Shown: piece by piece, positions 19,736-29,732 of the stretch
Position numbering within the stretch: position 1 is the stretch's first letter
Layout of the letters: every line of letters starts with the position of its first letter
Assembly: GCA_963808325.1 (NCBI GenBank)
Contig: CAWEFU010000011.1
Location: 384,818-448,817 of the forward strand
Source of the DNA: an uncultured Solirubrobacterales bacterium
GTDB taxonomy: Bacteria; Actinomycetota; Thermoleophilia; Solirubrobacterales; Solirubrobacteraceae
Direction: 5' to 3'
DNA: 64,000 nucleotides
The notes under the pieces: model-generated
Seen by the model: only the letters and a program-made list of their open reading frames with translations
What the model was told of the DNA's origin: nothing
The model's database searches: none
Position numbers and translations under genes: made by a program

Positions 19736-21967
19736 TTAGACCACCGTCTCCCGAGCGGGCAGGGCCGGCGCCGGGCTGCCCCGCCGCGCGGCCGACGCCA
19801 CCGTCGCGCGCCGGCCCGCGAACGCCGGGATCGGCCACAGCGCGATCAGTCCCCCGAACGCGATGATGAGCGCGCCCAACCAGATCCAGGTCACGAGCGG
19901 GGAGACGATCAGCAGGAACTCGACGGGCCACGGGTGGTTCACGAAGCGAGCGGTGAGGCCGGCGATCGCGCGGTCGCGCTCGGCCCACAGCGGCGCCAGC
20001 TCCTGCTGGGCCCGGGCGGGAGGCATGCCGGCCACGCTCTTCATCTCCTGCGTCGCGAGCGCGGCGAACAGGCGATCTCCCTGGGAGATGTAGCCCTGCA
20101 GCGGACCCAGATTGGGATTAATGACGGTCCAGATGTCCTTGGCGAGGCCGGCGCGCAGCCCCACGTTGCTGTCTGACTCGCCGTTGAAGAACCGCCCCAA
20201 GATGCCGAGACTCGCGTCCTGCGCGGGGTAGAACCCGCGCGTGGTCGTGAGCGTGGTGACGTGGTGGCCGCCCTTGGAGACGTCCAAGACGGCACCGAAG
20301 GAGATCTTCTGGGCGGTCGCCTGCGCCACCGGCCGCACGTAGCGGACCGTGTAGCCGTCGACGTGCGCCCGTTGTCCCGGCGCCAAGCTCACGTCCTGGG
20401 AATGCTGGAACGAGGACGAAGCGGCCACCCCCACCAGCAGCACCGCCAACCCGGCGTGGACGATGTAGCCGCCGTAGCGCCGGCGGTTGCGGCGCACCAG
20501 TTGGACCAGCGCAACCGGCACCGGGTCCCCGGTGATCGCTCGCCGGGCGATCACGCCGCGCCAGAACTCCTGGCCCACGGTGGCGACCACGAACGCTCCC
20601 AGGGCGAACATGAGGAGCGCGAACGGCCGTGCGCTGACCCCGCCCACGAGGAGTAGCGCGACGAGCGCAGCCGCCCCCGCCAGCACCGGCAGGGTGAAGT
20701 TCCGCCGCAGGTTCGCCGCCGTCACCCGGCGCCAGGCGATGATCGGGCCGATCCCGGAGAGGAGGACCAGCACGAGCGCGAGCGGCACGATGAACGGCCG
20801 GAACGCGGGCGGCCCGACGGACACCTTCGTGCCGGTCACGGCCTGGGAGATCAGCGGGAAGAACGTCACCCAGAAGATCACGAACACCATGCCGACCAGC
20901 ACCAGGTTCTGGAACAGGAACACGGCCTCGCGGGACAACAGCGAATCCAGCTGTGACTCCGAGCGAAGCTGCGACCGCCGCCACACCACGAGACCGATCC
21001 CGGCACCGATCATCGCGGCGATCAGCAGCACGAACGGCACGCCGAGCGTCGAGGCCCCGAAGGCGTGGATCGAGTCGAGCACGCCCGAGCGCACGAGGAA
21101 CGTCCCCAGGATCGCGAGGGTCCCGCTGGCCAGGATCAGCGATACGTTCCAGACCTTCAGCATCCCGCGCTTCTCCTGGATCATGATCGAGTGGATGAAC
21201 GCGGTCGTGCAGAGCCACGGCATCAGCGCCGCGTTCTCCACCGGATCCCAGGCCCAATACCCGCCCCAGCCGAGCTCGGTGTATGACCACCGCGCCCCGA
21301 GCAGGATTCCGACCCCCAAGAACAGCCACGCGGCCAGCGCGAAGCGGCGCGTCACGACGATCCATTCCGAGCCCAGCCTCCCCGTCACCAGCGCGCCGAT
21401 CGCGAACGCGAACGGGACCGTCAGCAGCGTATACCCCGAATAGAGCATCGGGGGGTGGATCATCATGCTGGGGTGAAGGAGCAGCGGATCGAGGCCCGCG
21501 CCCTCGGCCGGCGGGCTGGCGGTGGTCGCGAACGGGTTGGCGTAGAACACGGCCAGGGCGGTGAAGAAACCGGCGAACCCGAGCAACACGGCCGTGGCGT
21601 AGGGAGCGATTTCGCGAACCCGGTTGCGGGTCAGGAACAGGATCAGGCTCGACCACAGTGACAGGAGCAATACCCACAGCAGCAGCGAGCCCTCCTGCGA
21701 GGACCAGGGGGCCGCGAGCTTGTAGAACGTCGGCGTCGTGGTCGAGGAATGGCCGGCGACCACGTTGAACGAGAAATCCGAGCGCACGAACGCGACCTCG
21801 AGGATCGCGAACGCGCCGATCATCAGGGCCGCGAGCGCGTACACGGAGCGGCGGCCGGAATCGACCCACTCCCGGCGGCCCGTGCGCGCCCCGTAGATCG
21901 AGGCGCCCGCTCCGTACCCGGCCACGAGCAGCCCGAGAATCAGCAGTGCACGACCGATCAGCGCCAT
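19736..21967 (-). CDS. ccmF: Cytochrome c heme lyase CcmF
   Basis: WSSQEGSLLLW, MIHPPMLY, WWD-domain WGGYWAWDPVENA, TAFIHS, VRSGVLDSIHAF. Confidence 0.96.
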   Translation of the reverse strand: MALIGRALLILGLLVAGYGAGASIYGARTGRREWVDSGRRSVYALAALMIGAFAILEVAFVRSDFSFNVVAGHSSTTTPTFYKLAAPWSSQEGSLLLWVLLLSLWSSLILFLTRNRVREIAPYATAVLLGFAGFFTALAVFYANPFATTASPPAEGAGLDPLLLHPSMMIHPPMLYSGYTLLTVPFAFAIGALVTGRLGSEWIVVTRRFALAAWLFLGVGILLGARWSYTELGWGGYWAWDPVENAALMPWLCTTAFIHSIMIQEKRGMLKVWNVSLILASGTLAILGTFLVRSGVLDSIHAFGASTLGVPFVLLIAAMIGAGIGLVVWRRSQLRSESQLDSLLSREAVFLFQNLVLVGMVFVIFWVTFFPLISQAVTGTKVSVGPPAFRPFIVPLALVLVLLSGIGPIIAWRRVTAANLRRNFTLPVLAGAAALVALLLVGGVSARPFALLMFALGAFVVATVGQEFWRGVIARRAITGDPVPVALVQLVRRNRRRYGGYIVHAGLAVLLVGVAASSSFQHSQDVSLAPGQRAHVDGYTVRYVRPVAQATAQKISFGAVLDVSKGGHHVTTLTTTRGFYPAQDASLGILGRFFNGESDSNVGLRAGLAKDIWTVINPNLGPLQGYISQGDRLFAALATQEMKSVAGMPPARAQQELAPLWAERDRAIAGLTARFVNHPWPVEFLLIVSPLVTWIWLGALIIAFGGLIALWPIPAFAGRRATVASAARRGSPAPALPARETVV

Positions 21968-21968
21968 G

Positions 21969-22373
21969 TCAATATGACGCGCTCGCCGCCTGGTACTTGG
22001 AGGGGCACTTGGTGGTCAACGAGTTCTGCTCGCCGATGAATACCGAGTCCGCCTCGTGGACCGTGACGAGAACCGCCCGGCCGGCGCGGAACGGATCCGG
22101 CACGACGCCCGTGTAGCGCACCGGGACGGAGACCTCGCGCTTCGGATCGCGGATCCGAAAGAGCAGCGCCGTCCCGTCCTGGTGCACCGAGCCGTCCAGC
22201 ACGGTGCCCGCGAGTATGTAGGACTGGCCGGGTTTGGCCTTGCTCAGCAGCTGCGAAGCGGTGACCTCGTCGCGCCCGGCGCTGAAGCTCGTGTACACGA
22301 GGGCCGAGGCGAGCAGCACAGCGGCGGTCAAGGCGACGGCGAGGCGGATGGCTCGCTTGCGGCTGGGGTCCAT
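21969..22373 (-). CDS. ccmE: Heme chaperone CcmE (CxxxY variant)
   Basis: N-terminal TM, VRYTGVVPDPFRAG, TTKCPSKY; 1-bp gap to ccmF. Confidence 0.9.
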   Translation of the reverse strand: MDPSRKRAIRLAVALTAAVLLASALVYTSFSAGRDEVTASQLLSKAKPGQSYILAGTVLDGSVHQDGTALLFRIRDPKREVSVPVRYTGVVPDPFRAGRAVLVTVHEADSVFIGEQNSLTTKCPSKYQAASASY

Positions 22374-22524
22374 TCCTGTGTGAATTCTCCCATAACGCCT
22401 GGGTCGCAAACCCCGCCGGTCGTCGAGCCAAGCACCCACCGGGCATGGCGATTAGCTCTTTGTTAGCGGCCAGGAATCGGTCGGGCGAGAGCGAAACCAT
22501 TTCCGCGGGGAGGCGTTTATATCT

Positions 22525-22779
22525 ATGAACATGGTGGTTCGACCCAAGCCCAAGCGGGGCGAGAGCCTGATGAGGCGGCGCCGGCGCGGAGGTGGCGCAC
22601 ACAACGTCGACCGACCCGCGGCCGCGGGCCCGGCTCCAGCGCCTCGAGGTCGGACGCGGCGCCACGGGGGGCTGCCCCAGGACCGCGCGGCGTACACGTG
22701 TCCGTGCGGCTTCGTGTTCGAAGCGGATGTTTCGACCACGGTCGCCTGTCCCCACTGCGGCGACCGCCAGGCCTGGTAG
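22525..22779 (+). CDS. Small zinc-ribbon protein
   Basis: CPCG...CPHCG at the C-terminus; divergent from ccmE. Confidence 0.65.
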   Translation: MNMVVRPKPKRGESLMRRRRRGGGAHNVDRPAAAGPAPAPRGRTRRHGGLPQDRAAYTCPCGFVFEADVSTTVACPHCGDRQAW

Positions 22780-22849
22780 CGCGACGCATCCCGCGTCCCG
22801 CTCCGGCGACCGCCAGGCCTGGTAGCGCGACGCATCCCGGGTCCCGCTC
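22758..22849. repeat. 46-bp tandem duplication spanning the zinc-ribbon stop codon
   Basis: cggcgaccgccaggcctggtagcgcgacgcatcccg[c/g]gtcccgctc at 22758 and 22804, one mismatch. Confidence 0.9.
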
Positions 22850-22909
22850 CACTAACCTACGAGGTCGTAGTTCGTCGGAGCCTGATTCGGCGTGCGAAGG
22901 GAGGAGGCG

Positions 22910-24598
22910 GTGAAGCGCACGATGGGAGGAGCGGTGGGGCGCGCAGTCCTGTTTGCGGTGGCGGTGATCGCGTTCGGGTCCGCGCCAGCGGTCGCCAGCG
23001 CGGCCTCGGCGACGGGTGTGCCTGTTTCCCCCAGCTTCGAGCGCTCGATCTGCAACGTGGGGTGCCAGCACCTCCACTACGCCGCCGGCCCCTACCACAT
23101 CACGCCGGGGGCGAACCTGATCCTGACCGACTACCGGGACGTTCCCAAGCCGTCGGTCAACGGGTTCATGGTGCGCGTCGCTCCCAATCTCCGCTACGCC
23201 CTGCCCAACGGCAAGTGCTGCGGCGCGATCCCGCGGGTGGACATCATCCACCTGCACCACGGTGTGTGGCTCACCGACGGGGCCGCGGGCCTGGGCGAGG
23301 GCAACACCTACGGTATCGGCGGCGCACGGCTCTACCCCTTCATGGCGACCGGGGAAGAGAAGACGATCTACGAGCTTCCACGCGGCTACGGATATCCCAT
23401 CGGCGGCAGCGACCGCTGGTTCCTCAACTACATGATCCACAACCTCCGGGAGACCCCGGCGACCGTCTACATCACCTATGACATGGACTTCATCCCGGAC
23501 TCCTCGTCGATCGCCCGCGGGATCACCCCCGTCCACCCCATCTGGATGGACGTGGAGGACCACCACATCTATCCGGTGTTCGACGTCAAGCGCTACAGCG
23601 GCGTCGACGGGAAGTTCACGTTCCCCGACATGGCGAAGGATCCCTACGGCGGCGGGCCGCCGTTGAACGAGTTCACGGTCGACCACCCCGGAACGTTGAT
23701 CGCGACCGCTGGGCACCTGCACCCGGGTGGCCTGTACGACACGCTCGACCTGATCCGGCCCGGCGCGCGCATCGCGAAGAAGGCGATCCGCGGCGCGGAG
23801 CCGGGCTCGGTGCGGCTGTTCCGCTCCTACGCGCACTACTTCGACAAGCGCGGCCCGATCTCCTGGGACATGGCGATGACCGCAACGGGTCCTCGCTGGC
23901 GCCCGCGCGTGAAGTCCGGGGACGTGCTCAGGATCAGCGCCACCTACGAGACGCGTCGGGCATCGTGGTACGAATCGATGGGGATCATGGTCCTGTGGGA
24001 GGCCTACGACAGCGAGATCGGGCTCGACCCGTTCACGGGCAAGGCCCATCGGCCGATCGCACATCAGGCCAGCGCCGACCCGTTCGCCCACGCGATCGAC
24101 GAAACCGGCTATATAACCCACGGCCACCTCGCCGAGAACGACCACCACGGCGGTACCCCCTGGCTGACCGTCAACCCGAACAAGCTCCCCACCTGCAGGA
24201 CACGCACCGTGGTGATCTCGGGGTTCCTCTACAACCCCGGCGACCTGGATCATCCAACGTGCGTCCCGACCATCAGGCAGGGACAGTCGCTGACGTTCAC
24301 CAACGACGACGCCAGCTCGCTGGCGCCCGGGATCCCCGGGTTCGACCCGAGCCCGGCGTATAAGGCCTCGATCTTCCACACGATCACCGCCTGCCAGAAC
24401 CCCTGCGGGCTCGACACCGGGATCTCCTATCCCTTGGCCAACGGCGCCGGCAACTACGACTCGGGCCAGCTTGGGCTGGGCACGCCGGCGGTCGGAAGGC
24501 TGAGCTGGAGCACACCCGTCAGTCTCCAGCCGGGCACCTACACGTTCTTCTGCCGGATCCACCCGTTCATGCGCGGCGTCTTCCGCATCATCGGCTAG
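22910..24598 (+). CDS. Secreted copper type II (PHM/SURNod19-like) monooxygenase fused to a C-terminal cupredoxin
   Basis: Signal peptide; HLHH, MIHN, GHLH, ESMG motifs; C-terminal HTIT...FCRIHPFMRG type 1 copper motif. Confidence 0.65.
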   Translation: MKRTMGGAVGRAVLFAVAVIAFGSAPAVASAASATGVPVSPSFERSICNVGCQHLHYAAGPYHITPGANLILTDYRDVPKPSVNGFMVRVAPNLRYALPNGKCCGAIPRVDIIHLHHGVWLTDGAAGLGEGNTYGIGGARLYPFMATGEEKTIYELPRGYGYPIGGSDRWFLNYMIHNLRETPATVYITYDMDFIPDSSSIARGITPVHPIWMDVEDHHIYPVFDVKRYSGVDGKFTFPDMAKDPYGGGPPLNEFTVDHPGTLIATAGHLHPGGLYDTLDLIRPGARIAKKAIRGAEPGSVRLFRSYAHYFDKRGPISWDMAMTATGPRWRPRVKSGDVLRISATYETRRASWYESMGIMVLWEAYDSEIGLDPFTGKAHRPIAHQASADPFAHAIDETGYITHGHLAENDHHGGTPWLTVNPNKLPTCRTRTVVISGFLYNPGDLDHPTCVPTIRQGQSLTFTNDDASSLAPGIPGFDPSPAYKASIFHTITACQNPCGLDTGISYPLANGAGNYDSGQLGLGTPAVGRLSWSTPVSLQPGTYTFFCRIHPFMRGVFRIIG

Positions 24599-24786
24599 CC
24601 GGGCGCCAGGAGGAACCGACACGCATTAGCCGGGAGACCCGGCACCGACAGGCGTTTACCTTCTTCCCGCGCTGTACGACGGAAGAACGCGTCAGTTCAC
24701 GGCCGGGGCCGCGGTCGACGTGGAATTTGTCACAACGAATCCTCCGGAAGGCCGTGATATACACAACAGTGTTGAGTGCGAGCAAG

Positions 24787-25539
24787 TTGACCACAGCGGA
24801 AACCGCCGCGGTCGACGGACTCGCCGTGGCGGCACAGGAAGTCACACGGCGCTACGGCGAGGGCCCGACGGCGGTCGAAGCGCTACGCGGGGTGACCCTG
24901 GACGTGCGGAAGGGTCAGCTCGTGGCGGTGATGGGCCCCTCGGGCTCGGGCAAATCGACGCTGATGCACATTCTCGCGGGGCTCGACAAGCCGACCAACG
25001 GAAGCGTCACGGTCGCCGGCGTCGAGATCACCACGCTCGACGACGCCCGCCTCACCCGGCTCCGGCGCGACCACATCGGCTTCGTCTTTCAGTTCTTCAA
25101 CCTGCTCCCGATGCTGACGGCGGAGGAGAACATGGTCCTGCCGCTGTCAATCGCCGGCGAGCGGCCTGACGAGCAGTGGCTGGAGGAGCTTCTCTCCCGC
25201 ACCGGGCTCGCCGACCGGCGCCAGCACCGGCCCTCGGAGCTCTCGGGAGGCGAGCAGCAACGCGTGGCCATCGCTCGGGCGCTCGTGTCCCGCCCCACGA
25301 TCCTGTACGCGGACGAGCCCACCGGCAATCTGGACTCGAAGACCAGCGGCGAGATCCTCGAGCTCATCAGGAGCTCCGCCGAGGCCTATCAGCAGACGAT
25401 CGTGATGGTCACGCACGAGGCCCGCGCCGCGGCGATCGCCGATCGCATCCTGTTCCTCGCCGACGGGCGGATCGTCAAGGAGCTGACCGAGGCGAGCCAG
25501 TCGGACGTGCTCGAGGTGATGAGCACACTCGGCTCGTGA
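24787..25539 (+). CDS. MacB/LolD-type ABC ATP-binding protein
   Basis: [34 protein letters not shown]; start uncertain (24727-24787). Confidence 0.93.
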   Translation: MTTAETAAVDGLAVAAQEVTRRYGEGPTAVEALRGVTLDVRKGQLVAVMGPSGSGKSTLMHILAGLDKPTNGSVTVAGVEITTLDDARLTRLRRDHIGFVFQFFNLLPMLTAEENMVLPLSIAGERPDEQWLEELLSRTGLADRRQHRPSELSGGEQQRVAIARALVSRPTILYADEPTGNLDSKTSGEILELIRSSAEAYQQTIVMVTHEARAAAIADRILFLADGRIVKELTEASQSDVLEVMSTLGS

Positions 25540-28097
25540 CCCGGGTCGCGCTCAAGGGCCTGCTCGGGCGCAAGCTGCGCGCGATGCTGACCGCGATCGC
25601 GATTGTCCTCGGGGTCGCGATGATCAGCGGCACGTACGTCCTGACGGACACGATCAAGGCCGCGTTCTCGACCGTTTTCACCCAGGCGTACAAAAACGCA
25701 GACGCGGTGATCACCGGCAAGAGCGCGATCGGGAACGGCAACGGGAACCGCGGCTCCGAGACTCCATCGCTGCCGGCGTCGCTGCTCACCCAGGTGCAGT
25801 CGCTGCCCGGCGTCTCACTGGCCTCGGGAGGCATCTCCGACCAGGCGCAGCTCGTTGGCCACAACGGCAAGGCGATCTCGCGCGGCGGAGCACCCGGGCT
25901 TGGATTCAGCCATACGGCGGCCGGACAGCGCTTCAATCCGCTCACGCTCGCGAGCGGCTCCTGGCCGAGCGCGCCCGACGAGGTCGCGATCGATGCAGCG
26001 ACCGCGAGCAACCAAGGGTTCTCGGCGGGCCAGGAGATCGGAGTCATCGCCCGCGGGCCGGTGCAGCGCTTCCGGATCTCGGGAACGGTGAAGTTCGGTG
26101 GCGTGTCCTCGCTCGGCGGCGCCACGATCGCGGTCTTCACGCTTCCCACCGCCCAGCGGATCTTCGAAAAGGTCGGACAGTACGACCAGATCAACATCGC
26201 CGCCAAGCAGGGCGTCTCGCCGAACCAGCTCGTGAATGAGATCCGCCCGCTGCTGCCGGCGAGTGCTCAGGTGAGGACCGGACAGCAACAGGCCCAGCAG
26301 GCGACCAAGGACACGAGCGCGTTCCTCACCATCTTTCAGGACTTTCTGCTCGCGTTCGGTGGGATCGCGCTGTTCGTCGGCAGCTTCGTGATCGCCAACA
26401 CGATGTCGATCACGGTCGCTCAACGCACCCGCGAGCTGGCCACGCTCCGCACGCTCGGCGCCACGCGCCGCCAGGTCCGCAGATCGGTGTTGGTGGAGGC
26501 ATTCGTCATCGGGCTCATCGCGTCGGTCGCGGGCCTGTTCATCGGGCTCGCGCTCGCCAAAGGATTGAACTCGCTGCTGGTCTCGTTCGGGATCGATCTG
26601 CCCCAGACCGGCACCGTGTTCAAGGCCCGCACGATCGTCATCTCGCTGGTGGTCGGCGTGCTGATCACCCTCCTGGCGGCGTTGCGGCCGGCGATCCGGT
26701 CGACGAGGGTGCCGCCGATCGCCGCGGCGCGCGAGGGGTCCGTGCTGCCCCCGTCGCGCTTCGCCCGCTTCGGCACCCCAGCGGCGCTCGTCACGATCGC
26801 CGGAGCCGCGGCGCTGATGCTCGTCGGGCTGTTCGTGGGTGGGCTGTCCACCGTGCAGCGGCTGCTCGCGGTCGGGATCGGTGCTGTGGCTCTGTTCCTG
26901 GGCGTGGCGATGCTCGCCCCCGTGCTGGTGCCGCCGCTGGCGCAGGTGCTGGGCTGGCCGGCGACGAAGATCGGCGGAGCCGCGGGGACGCTCGCTCGCG
27001 GCAACTCCGCCCGCAACCCTGCTCGCACCGCCTCCACGGCGTCCGCGCTGATGATCGGCCTGGCGCTGGTGACGCTCGTGGGCGTGCTCGCCGCCGGACT
27101 CAAGGCGAAGTTCCAGGACGGGGTCAATCAGGTGTTCGTCGCCAACTACGCGGTCACCGCGACCAACAACTTCACTCCGATCAGCCTCTCTTCGGAACGT
27201 GCGCTGCAGCACGTGCCGGGGGTGCTCGCCGTCTCGGGCGTGCGCGCAGGAAGCGGAAAAGCGTTCGGATCACGCATCAACGTCACCGGCGTGTCGCCCA
27301 ACGTCAACGACGTGATCTCGGTCAAGTGGCAGGCGGGAGGCCCGCAGACGCCGGCCCAGCTCGGCAGCGACGGAGCGCTCGTAAGCAAGGACTACGCGAA
27401 CGCGCAGCATCTGAAGGTCGGCTCGCCGATCGCGGTCGAGACGCCGACCGGCAAGACCCTGCACCTGACCCTTCGCGGGATCACCGACCCGCCAAAGGGC
27501 GTCAACCCGTTCGGCGACGTGACGATGTCGACCGCCCTATTCGACGCCAATTACCAGAACCCGCAGAACCTCTACACGTTCGTCAACGCGCAGGGCGGCG
27601 TCACCCCCGCCAACACGGCGAAGCTGAACATCGCCCTCAGCGGCTTTCCGGACGCCAAGCTGCAGACCAAGTCCCAGTTCGAGCAGAACCAGCTTTCGGG
27701 GCTGAACACGCTTCTGAACCTGCTCTACGTGCTGTTGTCGCTGTCGATCATCGTCAGCCTGTTCGGGATCGTCAACACGCTGGTGCTGACCGTGTTCGAG
27801 CGCACCCGCGAGCTCGGCATGCTCCGCGCGGTCGGCATGAGCCGGCGTCAGGTGCGGCGGATGATCCGCCACGAGAGCATCATCACCGCGCTGCTCGGCG
27901 CGGCCTTCGGCATCCCGCTGGGCGTCGTGCTGGCGCTCATGGTGGGCGCAGCGATCAAATACTCGGCCTTCACCGTCCCGTGGGGCACCCTGGTCGTGTT
28001 CGTGATCGCGGCGATCATCGCCGGGATCATCGCCGCGATCTTCCCGGCCCGCCGAGCGGCGCGCCTCAACGTCCTCCAGGCGCTGCAGTACGAGTAG
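25536..28097 (+). CDS. FtsX/MacB-family ABC permease with duplicated architecture
   Basis: VAQRTRELATLRTLGA and VFERTRELGMLRAVGM FtsX motifs; GTGA overlap with the ATPase. Confidence 0.93.
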   Translation: MTRVALKGLLGRKLRAMLTAIAIVLGVAMISGTYVLTDTIKAAFSTVFTQAYKNADAVITGKSAIGNGNGNRGSETPSLPASLLTQVQSLPGVSLASGGISDQAQLVGHNGKAISRGGAPGLGFSHTAAGQRFNPLTLASGSWPSAPDEVAIDAATASNQGFSAGQEIGVIARGPVQRFRISGTVKFGGVSSLGGATIAVFTLPTAQRIFEKVGQYDQINIAAKQGVSPNQLVNEIRPLLPASAQVRTGQQQAQQATKDTSAFLTIFQDFLLAFGGIALFVGSFVIANTMSITVAQRTRELATLRTLGATRRQVRRSVLVEAFVIGLIASVAGLFIGLALAKGLNSLLVSFGIDLPQTGTVFKARTIVISLVVGVLITLLAALRPAIRSTRVPPIAAAREGSVLPPSRFARFGTPAALVTIAGAAALMLVGLFVGGLSTVQRLLAVGIGAVALFLGVAMLAPVLVPPLAQVLGWPATKIGGAAGTLARGNSARNPARTASTASALMIGLALVTLVGVLAAGLKAKFQDGVNQVFVANYAVTATNNFTPISLSSERALQHVPGVLAVSGVRAGSGKAFGSRINVTGVSPNVNDVISVKWQAGGPQTPAQLGSDGALVSKDYANAQHLKVGSPIAVETPTGKTLHLTLRGITDPPKGVNPFGDVTMSTALFDANYQNPQNLYTFVNAQGGVTPANTAKLNIALSGFPDAKLQTKSQFEQNQLSGLNTLLNLLYVLLSLSIIVSLFGIVNTLVLTVFERTRELGMLRAVGMSRRQVRRMIRHESIITALLGAAFGIPLGVVLALMVGAAIKYSAFTVPWGTLVVFVIAAIIAGIIAAIFPARRAARLNVLQALQYE

Positions 28098-28707
28098 CCG
28101 CGGCCCCGGCGGCCCGCTCGGCCAGCCAATCCCGGACCGCGGCCTTCACCGCTCCGAGGTCCGTGGACAGGCTGTGGTTGCCCGCCACCGTGACCACGCG
28201 ACGGTTGCGGCCCGGAGGCGGGACGCCAAACGGGTCCCTTCCACCCTGCACCACCAGCATGGGGACCCGCACCGCGTCGAGCTCGGCCTGGCGGCTCTTC
28301 TCCGGCCGGCCCGGCGGATGGAGTGGGAACGCCAGACACAGGACCGCGCCGGCGCCGGTCTCGGCCGCTGTCCGGCACGCGACCCTGGCGCCCGCCGAGC
28401 GGCCACCGACGATGACCGGCTGCCCCACCATGCCACTTCCCACCAGATGCTCGGCCACCGCGACCCAGGCCGCATCGAGCTGCGTCGCCGGCGCCGGGCT
28501 GCGGCGTCCGGCGACTCGGTAGGGCTGCTCCACGAGCGCGACCGTGAACCGCTCCGACAGCGCCGCCTCCGTCGCCGCGCCGAGATCGCGCGCGGCGACT
28601 CCGCCACCCGCCCCGTGTCCCAGGAGGAGCGAGCCCACCGCCTCGTCCGCCGGGCGCAGGTGCGCCCTGGCGGGACCGTATTGCGTGTCGACGTCCACGA
28701 CCCTCAC
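28066..28707 (-). CDS. Alpha/beta hydrolase (KANL3/Tex30-like)
   Basis: LLGHGAGGG, GGRSAGARVA, LAFPLHPPG, VQGGRDPFG, GNHSL; start re-picked at GTG 28707. Confidence 0.85.
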   Translation of the reverse strand: MRVVDVDTQYGPARAHLRPADEAVGSLLLGHGAGGGVAARDLGAATEAALSERFTVALVEQPYRVAGRRSPAPATQLDAAWVAVAEHLVGSGMVGQPVIVGGRSAGARVACRTAAETGAGAVLCLAFPLHPPGRPEKSRQAELDAVRVPMLVVQGGRDPFGVPPPGRNRRVVTVAGNHSLSTDLGAVKAAVRDWLAERAAGAAATRTAAPGGR

Positions 28708-28753
28708 GCCCCGGATCGTAGTCGCGCCCCCCTCCCGGACCCAGTAGCCGGCC

Positions 28754-29581
28754 CTAAGGTGCGCCCGCCCGCGTGAGCCACCGCGCCCCGCACGCCGCCC
28801 CGAACGCGGCGGCCTCGTCGATCGAGCTCCCGGCGGCGAGCCCCAGCGTGAATGCCGCCGCGAACGCATCGCCGCAGCCGTAGGCGTCGCGTCGCTCGCC
28901 GGGAAGCGGCGCCGCCGGCCACCGGCCCTCCGCTCGCCCCCACCACCGTCCACCCTCCGCTCCCCCCCACCACCGTCCACCTCTCACGCCGTCGGTCGCC
29001 ACGTGGAGCCGGACTCGATCGCCGACGCGGTGTGCCCACTCGCGCTCGCTCGCGTCCCGTGCGCTGAACACGAGCGCGTCGACGACGGGGCCCCCACCCT
29101 CGAGCGCGCTCCGCGCGCGAGGCGAGGCCACCAACAGCGGGGCGGCGCGAGCGTGCTTGACCGCCGCCCGATCGCCGGCGGTGAAGTAGACGCCGTCCAC
29201 CTCCGCGATTCTCCCCCATTCGAGGTCGTCGGCGCCCGACGGTTCCAGCCGCTCCCCGATCGTGACGATCGTGCGCTCGCCGGTGCGGTCGAGCAGGGTC
29301 ACGGCTCGCCGGGTCGGCTGATCGCGCCAGGCCACGTGGGCGCGGATACCCCGCTCCTCGAGCTGCTCGGCCGCCGCTCGCCCCGGTCCGTCGCGCCCCA
29401 GCGCGCAGAAGAAGTCGACCGCCGCCCCTAGCTCGGCCAGGACCCCGGCCACCACCCCTCCTCCGCCCGCCGCCCGCGCGAACGTGCCCACTGCGTGCCC
29501 GATCTCCCCGGCCTTCGGGAAACGACCGACCGGGAGGAAGTCCACCCATTCGACATGACCGACGACGGCTACTCGCGTCAC
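28754..29581 (-). CDS. PfkB-family carbohydrate kinase
   Basis: VAVVGHVEWVDF, AAGGGGVVA, DAYGCGDAFAA signature; start GTG 29581. Confidence 0.88.
   Translation of the reverse strand: MTRVAVVGHVEWVDFLPVGRFPKAGEIGHAVGTFARAAGGGGVVAGVLAELGAAVDFFCALGRDGPGRAAAEQLEERGIRAHVAWRDQPTRRAVTLLDRTGERTIVTIGERLEPSGADDLEWGRIAEVDGVYFTAGDRAAVKHARAAPLLVASPRARSALEGGGPVVDALVFSARDASEREWAHRVGDRVRLHVATDGVRGGRWWGGAEGGRWWGRAEGRWPAAPLPGERRDAYGCGDAFAAAFTLGLAAGSSIDEAAAFGAACGARWLTRAGAP
28926..28979. repeat. 27-bp in-frame tandem duplication inside the PfkB gene
   Basis: ccctccgctc[g/c]cccccaccaccgtcca x2, giving GRWWGGAEG-GRWWGRAEG. Confidence 0.85.
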
Positions 29582-29666
29582 CCGCGACAGCTTGCCTGGC
29601 GGGCAGCCCCGACGACGTGAGGCCGATCCGACCCCCCAATGCCCACCGGGAGCGCAGGGCGCGCTT

Positions 29667-29691
29667 GTTTGTGAGAGCGGTCCACGGGATA
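29667..29691 (+). promoter_or_regulatory. Putative SigB/SigF-type promoter
   Basis: GTTT-N15-GGGATA upstream of the RsbW-like gene, close to the actinobacterial stress-sigma consensus GTTT-N15-17-GGGTAT. Confidence 0.4.
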
Positions 29692-29732
29692 TGACCTTTC
29701 TTAAGGACAAACCACTATGAGGTGCACGCGTC

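Noticed and set aside
22523-24622. 699-aa minus-strand ORF
   Set aside because: Antisense shadow of the monooxygenase-cupredoxin gene
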